Source of the DNA: an uncultured archaeon
GTDB taxonomy: Archaea > Asgardarchaeota > Heimdallarchaeia > Heimdallarchaeales > Heimdallarchaeaceae
DNA length: 38,253 nucleotides
Reading direction: 5' to 3'
Assembly: GCA_964534625.1 (NCBI GenBank)
Contig: CAZHRF010000031.1
Coordinates: 1 to 38,253, forward strand
The notes under the pieces were generated by a model, which did not search any database, was not told where the DNA came from, and saw only the letters and a program-made list of their open reading frames with translations. Of this stretch, positions 10,382-18,262 are shown piece by piece. The stretch's first letter is position 1. Each line of letters opens with the position of its first letter. The translations under genes and the position numbers were made by a program.

Positions 10382-10606
10382 ATGTTTGTTTATAATATGA
10401 TTAAAATAAGCCGACGAAAGGAAGATATTGAACTAGAAATTGCTAAGATTAAGGAGAGAAATTTAAGCGGTGAAGATACGCTAAACTTAGCTATTGAGTT
10501 AATTAATGGTGTTTTAAGTCTTCATAATAACCGCGATAGAGAAAAGTTGCTTGAAATTACAAAGATACTTGAAAAACGAAGGAAGAAAGAAAATGGAACC
10601 AAATGA
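10382..10606 (+). CDS. Small helical protein, probable partner of the downstream nucleotidyltransferase
   Basis: 74-aa charged helical ORF whose 3' end overlaps the nucleotidyltransferase fragment start at 10593. Confidence 0.5.
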   Translation: MFVYNMIKISRRKEDIELEIAKIKERNLSGEDTLNLAIELINGVLSLHNNRDREKLLEITKILEKRRKKENGTK

Positions 10607-10706
10607 AGATGCATTTCGAAACTTTTTGAATAAGTGTTTAAAAGGGCTGAATAAATCGGGGATAAATTACGTGTTAATAGGGGGCGTTCTATGTCAAATA
10701 AGCTAA
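10593..10706 (+). pseudogene. Truncated nucleotidyltransferase (DUF6036/AbiEii-like N-terminus)
   Basis: Not in the ORF track. Translates MEPNEDAFRNFLNKCLKGLNKSGINYVLIGGVLCQIS*. L-x-x-x-G-I-x-Y-V-L-I-G-G is the typical start of this NTase family, and the ORF stops after 37 aa. Confidence 0.65.
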
Positions 10707-10764
10707 TCTATAATGAAAAAATGAATAAAAGTCGTTTAATGCTTTATGCAGGAAACACTTTCAG

Positions 10765-11526
10765 TTAATCATTAGATTTTTTCCCTACCGAAGCCAAGTA
10801 TAGCGTAAATTCCTCTTTTCCATCAATCTCAAGCAGTTCATTCATTTGATTATCATGGAAAGCTGCAATGGCGCACACGCCATAATCAATAGGCTCGGCT
10901 GCCAAATACAAGTTTTGACAAACATGACCTGCATCAAGAAACAGAAATCTATATCCTCGTTCTAGATATCGCCAAAACATTCTATAGACCATCGCTGTCC
11001 AAATAAATGTCACTGCACTATTTTCTACCATTTTTTGACCATAGGCTGCCTCTGCAACAACACTAGCGATATGCTCTTTTGTTGTTACTTCAATCAATTT
11101 GTGTTCAATAGGTAAGAATCTATATATTCCTGGTTGGATGCTTTCTACTCTATTAATAAGTAAATATGTTTCCAAACCATGTCTTGCACCAGCTGAAGGA
11201 ACAGTTCTAAAAGTAGCTCGAGTTCCCATTTTTTCTTTTATACCTTGTGTACTCCATAATAGCCACGAAAGTTCTTTTAAACTAAGATAAGCATCAGTAT
11301 CGTACTTTCTTACACTTCGTCTTTTTTCTATTGCGTCTTTCAAAGAATAACTGGAAAGCCCATCTATATCTAATTGATCAGGTTTTGGAAGATCAATGAT
11401 AAGTTTAGTATCGTCATAGCCTTTAACTAAAGGTGGTTGTTCTATTCCTTTTTGTTGATCTGATTTTGACAAATAAGGATATTTTGTTTTTTCTATAAAC
11501 TCTTCTCCAATATGGTTGTAATTCAT
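10765..11526 (-). CDS. SagB/ThcOx-family FMN-dependent nitroreductase-fold dehydrogenase
   Basis: AIEKRRSVRKY, LSWLLWSTQG, FRTVPSAGARHGLETY, RGYRFLFLDAGHVCQNLYLAAE. Likely start at Met20 of the track ORF (11526). Confidence 0.92.
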   Translation of the reverse strand: MNYNHIGEEFIEKTKYPYLSKSDQQKGIEQPPLVKGYDDTKLIIDLPKPDQLDIDGLSSYSLKDAIEKRRSVRKYDTDAYLSLKELSWLLWSTQGIKEKMGTRATFRTVPSAGARHGLETYLLINRVESIQPGIYRFLPIEHKLIEVTTKEHIASVVAEAAYGQKMVENSAVTFIWTAMVYRMFWRYLERGYRFLFLDAGHVCQNLYLAAEPIDYGVCAIAAFHDNQMNELLEIDGKEEFTLYLASVGKKSND

Positions 11527-11643
11527 AATAGATAATGCTAATATATATTTATCAATTCTGTGAATGTTCAAATAATAAAACAAAATTAAATTATTTATTG
11601 ACCATATGGATCAATCTACTCTATCTGAGATGAGAGTAACGTA

Positions 11644-12498
11644 TTATTGTTGCACTAAGTCTCTCAGATAAGCCATATTCTCCTTATCCCCTCTTCTTTC
11701 ATCTACGGGGGTTTCAATAATCCATGGTTTTATTTTTAGTTTGGGATGATTAATTAAAGCTTTAAATCCTTTCTCACCAATAGTTCCTAGACCAAGATGC
11801 TCATGACGATCCAGATTCGATCCCAATTCACCTTTTGCATCGTTTGCATGAATCACTTTAATGCTATTAACACCAAAGGTGCTATCAATAGCTTCAACAG
11901 TATGGTTAACCTTACTTTTATCTCGCATATCATAACCTGCAACAAAGCCGTGACAGGTATCAAAACATGTTCCTATAGATTTATGGTCGCCAATTTCATT
12001 CAATACATGTTCAATATTCTCAAACTTATCAGTAATAGAATTCTTTTCTCCACCTGTATTTTCTATCAATATCTGTACTTGTCCCTCGGCAAATTCAATT
12101 CCTTTCATGATAGAATCCACATAGGTGTTAAATCCCTCTTCAAAAGATCCTCCTTTGTAACTTCCAGAATGAATTATTAAATATGGAATGCCTAGTATTT
12201 TACATCTTTCTATCTCAATTCCAAAAGATTGAATAGATTTTGTATACATAGATTCATCTTGTGCAGCTAAATTAGGCAGATATGCAATGTGTGCCACAAC
12301 AGGATCAATAGGATAGTTTTTGGCTTTCAAGTGAAACTCTTTTATTTCTTTTTCACTTAATTCTCTTGCCTTCCAACCCCTAGGATTCTTGGTAAATATT
12401 TGAAATGTTTGACATTTTTTACTTTTGGCTCTATCAAAGGCTTTATCCACAGAACCAGCTATAGAAACATGTGCTCCAACTTTTAGCGAAGAATTCAT
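11644..12498 (-). CDS. nfo: Endonuclease IV (AP endonuclease)
   Basis: GAHVSIAG, FQIFTKNPRGW, HIAYLPNLA, IHSGS, LIENT, CFDTCHGF, HANDAK, DRHEHLG, IIETP. Confidence 0.97.
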   Translation of the reverse strand: MNSSLKVGAHVSIAGSVDKAFDRAKSKKCQTFQIFTKNPRGWKARELSEKEIKEFHLKAKNYPIDPVVAHIAYLPNLAAQDESMYTKSIQSFGIEIERCKILGIPYLIIHSGSYKGGSFEEGFNTYVDSIMKGIEFAEGQVQILIENTGGEKNSITDKFENIEHVLNEIGDHKSIGTCFDTCHGFVAGYDMRDKSKVNHTVEAIDSTFGVNSIKVIHANDAKGELGSNLDRHEHLGLGTIGEKGFKALINHPKLKIKPWIIETPVDERRGDKENMAYLRDLVQQ

Positions 12499-12641
12499 GG
12501 TTTACAACCAATACGATTACTTTAAAGATTCACCTTTCACTAATCTTTGCATTTGAAATTTTTAATATCATTATGCTTCAATTATATTTTGTTCTACCAT
12601 TAACTATTTTAGTGGACAAATAAGAGCCTAAAATGGCATAG

Positions 12642-13013
12642 ATGATTGACGGAATGCGCACATGTGCAAAAGAATTAATTGTAGTTTTAGAAGACAAAAA
12701 AGATCACCAATCAATAAATGGCTGTCTAGAACAACTTATTAAACAAGTAAAACTATCTTGGGATGCCTTTTGTGAGGGAAACATTAAAGTTACCATTCCT
12801 AATCTTCCTCGACCAATGTACTTGTTTATAACCCAGGAACTGACTATGATTATTAATGAAAAAGATAAACAAGACAAGATCATAAAGGAATTAAAACTTT
12901 TTTTAAACACTATAGATATTATTTTACACCCTAAAATGGTAGATAAACTCATCTCGAAAACCAAGAGTGGTACGAGACAAAAAGAAAAAGATGGAAGTAG
13001 AAGAGAGGACTAA
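12642..13013 (+). CDS. Hypothetical helical protein
   Basis: 123-aa ORF with normal composition and no recognised motif. The C-terminal tail may run into the adjacent IS relic. Confidence 0.6.
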   Translation: MIDGMRTCAKELIVVLEDKKDHQSINGCLEQLIKQVKLSWDAFCEGNIKVTIPNLPRPMYLFITQELTMIINEKDKQDKIIKELKLFLNTIDIILHPKMVDKLISKTKSGTRQKEKDGSRRED

Positions 13014-13226
13014 ACATTAAAAAACGATAAGGTCATACGTATCTACCTAAGTAAGGGTATTGAGGACTTCCTATGTAGAGTTGTTACGTTGTGTACACTA
13101 GAACTATGTACTGTCGGGGCGATAGGAACTATAGACGACGCTTGTGGAGAAGAGGTCAGCCCTCATTTTGAGGTAACTTCGTTGAAGCAAGAAACCATCT
13201 GGCTTTAGGCAGCAATGGTAGTTCAT
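13014..13226 (+). mobile_element. Non-autonomous IS200/IS605 relic (omega-RNA region + right end)
   Basis: ACTGTCGGGGCGATAGGAAC...ACGCTTGTGGAGA...CTTCGTTGAAGCAAGAAACCATCTGGCTTTAGGCAGCAATGGTAGTTCAT parallels the tnpB 3'/right-end sequence at 2391-2548. ATAAGGTCATACGTATCTAC resembles a degenerate TnpB N-terminal (Y-x-x-R-I-Y-P) coding segment. The left boundary is uncertain. Confidence 0.75.
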
Positions 13227-14680
13227 TAAGAAATAATAGCAGTTCTAAATTTATCTAATACCAGCTCTAATTTTATTTTTGTTTTAGATGGTGCATATCT
13301 AAGAACAACCCAAAGAGTAATTAAAAAGGTTATAACAATCAATAAACTGATAAAACCTAATGGGTGTTTAAGGAGCAAGAGGAAATATATTGTAGCACAA
13401 AAAAGCTGTAACAAGGTACTCATGAACCCTAATTTCCAAAAACTCTTAATGGATATTGGTCTTTTATTCTTTTTAGCGAGTTGCACAACAAGGATATTAT
13501 CACCTAGAGGCGTCAGATTGTCTCCCCAGTTGGCACCAATTGAAAGACTGTAAAAATAGTGATTCCTATTTGTAGTTAAACCCGTAGTTATTATGCCAAC
13601 AATGGGGATCAAGACTTGGGTAATGGGAATGTTATCAATAAGCGAGCTGAGTATAGCAGAAAACCATAGGATTAATAAAATCTGAAGTATTGGAGAGTTT
13701 GTACCAAGTTTATTGAAACTTGCTCCTAGAAATTTTATTATTCCAACTAGCTCCATTCCACCTGCCATAACAAATATGCCAAGTAGATAAAAAAGCAATT
13801 CATAATCGAATTTTTTCATTATTTCTGCTGCATCCATACCACTAAAACTGCTTATTATTGTTAGTACCATAGCAATAATTAGGGCTATAATATCGGGAGG
13901 CAATATGTTAGGCGGAACGAGTAGAAAGGAGAGCATTAAAATCCCGAACGATACTATTGTTGAATAGAACACTCGCCTATTTTGGATTACGTTCCAGGGA
14001 TTAAATTCAGCTAAAGTCTCAACCAGCCTTTTTTCAGGTTCTACCAGATGTTTGTCATATAAAAACAAATCAAATAATATTGTTATGGTGGCGGCAACAA
14101 TAGAAAATAAGCCCACATTTAGGAAGTATTGCTTAAATGTGATTTCAGCATAGGTATTTATCAATATATTTGGAATTGAGCTGATCGAGAAAATTGTACC
14201 GCCAAGGTTTACAAGAACAGCTTGAGTCAAAACATATGGTTTGGGATCTAAATCAAGCATCCTACTAGTTGTAATTGTTAATGGGATAAGAATCATAACA
14301 GTAAGAATATTATTTACAATAGCTGAAAAAAATACTGAAAGAACAGCAAGAATAAACATCAAGTTTTTTGGTTTACCTTTAGATATTTTAATAGCGTATA
14401 TTGCTACGAATTGAAATGTGCCCACTTCATCAGATATTTGCACTATAAACATTATCCCAAAAATTAATAGAAGCGAATGAAAATTAACGAACCCATCCTC
14501 CGTTGTTCCAAATAGCAACTCTATCATTACACTAAATTCATTTCCTTCTATAAAGGTGAGAACCAAATAGGTGATTAAAGCCCCACTTAATGCAACAATA
14601 GCTCTGTTTAATTTCTCTGTTAGTATTAAAAGTACTGTAAAGATAAAAACAAAAGAAATTATAATGGCACTAAATATAAT
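13226..14680 (-). CDS. ArsB/NhaD (IT superfamily, CitMHS/P-protein-like) transporter, copy 3; ATT start inferred
   Basis: Paralog of 16654-18117 and 19918-21387 (FHSLLLIFGIM, SSIPNILI, FDYELLFYLLGIF, SSLIDNIP, GANWGDNLTPLGDN). The frame stays open 38 codons upstream of the track's TTG at 14566, to an ATT that aligns with Met1 of the paralogs and is preceded by GAGGTGA. Confidence 0.85.
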   Translation of the reverse strand: MIFSAIIISFVFIFTVLLILTEKLNRAIVALSGALITYLVLTFIEGNEFSVMIELLFGTTEDGFVNFHSLLLIFGIMFIVQISDEVGTFQFVAIYAIKISKGKPKNLMFILAVLSVFFSAIVNNILTVMILIPLTITTSRMLDLDPKPYVLTQAVLVNLGGTIFSISSIPNILINTYAEITFKQYFLNVGLFSIVAATITILFDLFLYDKHLVEPEKRLVETLAEFNPWNVIQNRRVFYSTIVSFGILMLSFLLVPPNILPPDIIALIIAMVLTIISSFSGMDAAEIMKKFDYELLFYLLGIFVMAGGMELVGIIKFLGASFNKLGTNSPILQILLILWFSAILSSLIDNIPITQVLIPIVGIITTGLTTNRNHYFYSLSIGANWGDNLTPLGDNILVVQLAKKNKRPISIKSFWKLGFMSTLLQLFCATIYFLLLLKHPLGFISLLIVITFLITLWVVLRYAPSKTKIKLELVLDKFRTAIIS

Positions 14681-14883
14681 ATTTCACCTCATTAGATTCT
14701 TTGCTTTAGTAACACATTTAGTGAATATCAAGTGTTACAAAACTATTGAATTTCATTCTTCCTTTATTGCACAATTTTATGTATTTAAAATATTTAACTT
14801 TTAGTATTTTAGTATTTTTTTTAACTTGTTGGATATCCGTATTCACAAAACCAACATCGTTAACAATAAAAGGTATCTCTGTG

Positions 14884-14937
14884 ATGAACTACCCCACCCT
14901 AAAGGAGTGGGTTTTCTGGCCAGGTAAGATAAAAATA
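14884..14937 (-). mobile_element. Minimal (~55 bp) IS200/IS605-derived palindromic element (PATE-like)
   Basis: Minus strand TATTTTTATCTTACCTGGCCAGAAAACCCACTCCTTTAGGGTGGGGTAGTTCAT equals the left-end segment of the 2254 element joined directly to its right-end hairpin. Confidence 0.8.
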
Positions 14938-14995
14938 TCATTTAATATTGGTATAAAGAAGATGAGTGAATAACTCATCAAAATTGTAATGTGAA

Positions 14996-16648
14996 TTAAT
15001 TTACTATTGGATTTTGAGCTGATTTATTTAATTGCTCTATTTCTTTCTCTTTCTCTTCTATTTCGTTTTTAACTTGTTGGATCTCTTTTTTGATTTGTTC
15101 TATTTCTTGATTTATTTCCTTAACTTTCTTATTTTTATCAGAACCCAATTGATCTTGTGTTGTCTTAAGTATTCCTAATTCTGCATCTAACTGTTTATAG
15201 AACGTACCTAATTCTTTATTATGTAAAACCATTTCCTGTTCAAGCATATGAATTTTTTCTCTTATATTTTCCAGAGTATTTTCAATTGTTTCAATAACCT
15301 TAAGATGTGTTTCTATTTCAGTATCCAATGTCTTGATATTCTCAATGATCTTTTCTCTTTGCTCTTGTATTTTTGATAATTGTTTTTCATCTTTTGAATC
15401 AGTTTCCAATTCTGCATATTTTTGCTTATTCTGTTCTAAATCGCTTTGGAGTTGCTCAGTTTTCTCTCTTATCTCTGTGATTTTCTCTTGTTCTTCTGCT
15501 TTTTTATTAGTGTTTTCTTCCAATTGGTTTTTTAATTCGTCTTTTTGTTTTTCCTTCTCTGCAATTTTATTCTTAAGAATCGCAATTTCATCTTGAATAC
15601 TTTCAATTTCCTTTTCTGTATGCTCTATTTTAGACATATTTCCTGCTTTTTCTATGTCTTTGGTAAAAGTTTGACGTTTCGATTTTTCTTTTTCAAGAGT
15701 TGTATTTAAATCTTCGAGCTGATTTTGGACAATCTCAATATTTCTTTGTACTTCCTCTTGTCGTAATGAATCTGAAAATAACTTGTTATTTAACGAATTT
15801 AAATCGCTTTTCTTTTGTTCTATTTTTTGCTCAAGTTCCATGATAGTAGTATTTATCTCTTGAATCTCTTTGTTTAATTCAGATAGCTCTTGTTTATCAA
15901 CATCCGCTTTTTCTTCCAAGACTTGTTTTTGTTCTTGTTTCTGTTCCAACTCTAATTCAAGATCATACAAACGCTTTTCCAAGATATGAATCTCTTGTTC
16001 AAATACAAGAATACGACACCTTTCCGCTTCAATTTTATACCTTACACTTTGCAACTCTTGGTCGAAACTAAAAAGATCATTCGTAGTAGATTGTATTCGC
16101 TTTTCCAAAGAATCAATCCTACTTTCTACTTGTTCTAAAACCTGATTCTGGTTCTCACCAGTATATACCTCTTTGTGAATAGATTTATGTTTGCTTATTT
16201 TTTCTTTTAAAGTACTATATAACTGATCTAGTTGTTCTGTCTTTACAGTGAGCTCTTTTTGTAAAACTTCAATCCTACCTATTTTAAGTAAATCTTCAAC
16301 TTTCAGTAGACAACGTTTAAAGGGATCACGAATCACTTTACCAGCTTTAGTAATTTTACGAAAGAAAAGGGCAGCATGGGTATCTTCGCCCAAACGTATA
16401 ACAATGGTGCTTATAGTGTCAGTATCTAACAATAACTTATTATAGCCAGTGTAAGGGTAATTACACACTTTATAGAGATTGATGATTTTATTGAGGGTGT
16501 TTGAAAGATTTGACCCCAATTTGGGAATATTTACAGCCTCAGCTTGTTCAAAGGTTGTTTTATAGATAGTACCATCATCATAAAAAATTGCAACGTGGTC
16601 AACTTCAGGAAGAGTTTTTTTAATTAGATCTATATTATCTATGATCAT
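14996..16648 (-). CDS. Roadblock/LC7-like N-terminal domain + long repetitive helical (coiled-coil) region, copy 2
   Basis: N-terminal ~120 aa alpha-beta-beta-alpha-beta-beta-beta-alpha pattern (LPEVDHVAIFYDDGTIY...LLLDTDTISTIVIRLGEDTHAALFF), followed by E/K/Q-rich heptads. ATG 16648 follows AGGTGA, which overlaps the upstream stop. The track start is GTG 16657. Confidence 0.8.
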   Translation of the reverse strand: MIIDNIDLIKKTLPEVDHVAIFYDDGTIYKTTFEQAEAVNIPKLGSNLSNTLNKIINLYKVCNYPYTGYNKLLLDTDTISTIVIRLGEDTHAALFFRKITKAGKVIRDPFKRCLLKVEDLLKIGRIEVLQKELTVKTEQLDQLYSTLKEKISKHKSIHKEVYTGENQNQVLEQVESRIDSLEKRIQSTTNDLFSFDQELQSVRYKIEAERCRILVFEQEIHILEKRLYDLELELEQKQEQKQVLEEKADVDKQELSELNKEIQEINTTIMELEQKIEQKKSDLNSLNNKLFSDSLRQEEVQRNIEIVQNQLEDLNTTLEKEKSKRQTFTKDIEKAGNMSKIEHTEKEIESIQDEIAILKNKIAEKEKQKDELKNQLEENTNKKAEEQEKITEIREKTEQLQSDLEQNKQKYAELETDSKDEKQLSKIQEQREKIIENIKTLDTEIETHLKVIETIENTLENIREKIHMLEQEMVLHNKELGTFYKQLDAELGILKTTQDQLGSDKNKKVKEINQEIEQIKKEIQQVKNEIEEKEKEIEQLNKSAQNPIVN

Positions 16649-16653
16649 TTTTT

Positions 16654-18117
16654 TCACCTACTACTATGAGGAGTGATTCGTCTAATATTTTCTAGAATTC
16701 TTTTTAAGATATTTCTTGTCTTGGGTTTACTGAATTTATAGACCATAATAAAGCTTGTGAGGAAGGCAAGAACACTTAGTAATACTAATAAACCAACCAA
16801 AAATTTAAGCACTAATAGAAGATAAATAGTTGCACAAACAAGCTGGATATTTGTGACGACAAAACCAAACCGCCAGAAATCCATAACACTAATAGGTCGT
16901 TGGTTCTTTTTTGCAAGTTGAATAACGAGCATATTATCGCCAATTGGTGTCAAGTTATCGCCCCAATTTACTCCAATAGTCATGCTATAAAAATATTGAT
17001 GCGAGGGAATGGGTGACCCCTCTGTCACTATATTTACTACAGGAATTAAAACTTGTGTGATAGGCACATTTTCCATCATAGCACTCGCATATGATGAAAA
17101 CCATAACAGGGCTACTATTTGAAACACGGGTGCCCCAGCACCAATTCTACGGAATATAGCACCGAGAGCATCAATAACGCCCACTACCTCTAATCCACCT
17201 GTTACAATAAATATACCAAGCAGATAGAACAGCAATTCGTAATCAAACTTTTGGATAATATCTACAGCCTCAAGTCCTGAAAATGTACTTATGAGAGTTA
17301 AACCCATAGCTATTGATAAAGCTATCACAGAAGGCGGGAGAAAATCCGTTGGAATAAAAAGAAAAGCAAGCATCAATAACCCGATAGATCCAAGGGACGA
17401 GTAAAATAATCTTTTACTTTGTACAGCGTTCCAAGGATTAAAATTCTCCAAGTTATTAATTAATTGTTCTTCAGGTTCAACAAGATGTTTATTAAAAAGG
17501 AAAAAGAAAAAACCCAAAGTTATGCCAACAGTAACAATAGAGAAAAGACCAACATGAATAAAAAATTCAATAAAGGTTATACCAGTGTATGTTGTAATCA
17601 GAATATTTGGAATTGAGCTGATGGCAAAAAGTGTCCCGCCAACATTCACTAACATAGCTTGACATAATATATAAGGGGTCGGATCTATATCTATCATTCT
17701 GCTGATAGTAATTGTTAAGGGAATAAGAATTATAACAGTTAGAATATCATTTAGTATAGCAGAAAAAATTACAGCCAAAACACTAAGAATAGACATTAAG
17801 GCAAATGGTTTACCTTTTGACGTTTTAATTGCATAAATAGCAACGAATTGGATCGTACCAGATTCTTCTGCTATTTGTACAATAAACATAATACCCAGAA
17901 TCAATAGAAGCGAATGAAAATTAACGTATCCATCATGCTCTGTCCCAAATAACAACTCAATAATAATCCCAAATTCTTTTCCTTCCAGAAAAGTGAGAAC
18001 AAAAAAGGTCACAAGTGCACCACACATAGAAAGAACGGCTCGATTAACTTTTTCAGTTATAATCAAAGCGACAATAATTACAAAAACAAGAATAAGAATG
18101 ATTGCACTCGCTACCAT
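16654..18117 (-). CDS. ArsB/NhaD (IT superfamily, CitMHS/P-protein-like) transporter, copy 2
   Basis: About 13 hydrophobic segments; TEKVNRA, SAILNDIL, NVGGTLFAISSIPNILI, MMENVP, GVNWGDNLTPIGDN. Confidence 0.9.
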   Translation of the reverse strand: MVASAIILILVFVIIVALIITEKVNRAVLSMCGALVTFFVLTFLEGKEFGIIIELLFGTEHDGYVNFHSLLLILGIMFIVQIAEESGTIQFVAIYAIKTSKGKPFALMSILSVLAVIFSAILNDILTVIILIPLTITISRMIDIDPTPYILCQAMLVNVGGTLFAISSIPNILITTYTGITFIEFFIHVGLFSIVTVGITLGFFFFLFNKHLVEPEEQLINNLENFNPWNAVQSKRLFYSSLGSIGLLMLAFLFIPTDFLPPSVIALSIAMGLTLISTFSGLEAVDIIQKFDYELLFYLLGIFIVTGGLEVVGVIDALGAIFRRIGAGAPVFQIVALLWFSSYASAMMENVPITQVLIPVVNIVTEGSPIPSHQYFYSMTIGVNWGDNLTPIGDNMLVIQLAKKNQRPISVMDFWRFGFVVTNIQLVCATIYLLLVLKFLVGLLVLLSVLAFLTSFIMVYKFSKPKTRNILKRILENIRRITPHSSR

Positions 18118-18159
18118 ATAAGTCCCTATTTATCAAACTTAATATTATTATTAAATATT

Positions 18160-18195
18160 TACTATACTTGAAATTTAATCACATCAAGTATAGTA
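18160..18195. promoter_or_regulatory. 12-bp perfect inverted repeat upstream of transporter copy 2 (operator or terminator hairpin)
   Basis: TACTATACTTGA-N12-TCAAGTATAGTA, 43-78 nt upstream of the start at 18117. Confidence 0.5.
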
Positions 18196-18262
18196 CAGTA
18201 CAATACAGTACAGATATGTAACAAAAATACAAGAAAAGAGGCAATATAAGTAAAAAAGTTAA

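Noticed and set aside
14571-14973. Plus-strand ORFs 14571-14804 and 14746-14973
   Set aside because: The first is antisense to the true N-terminus of transporter 3. The second runs through AT-rich spacer and the PATE-like element.
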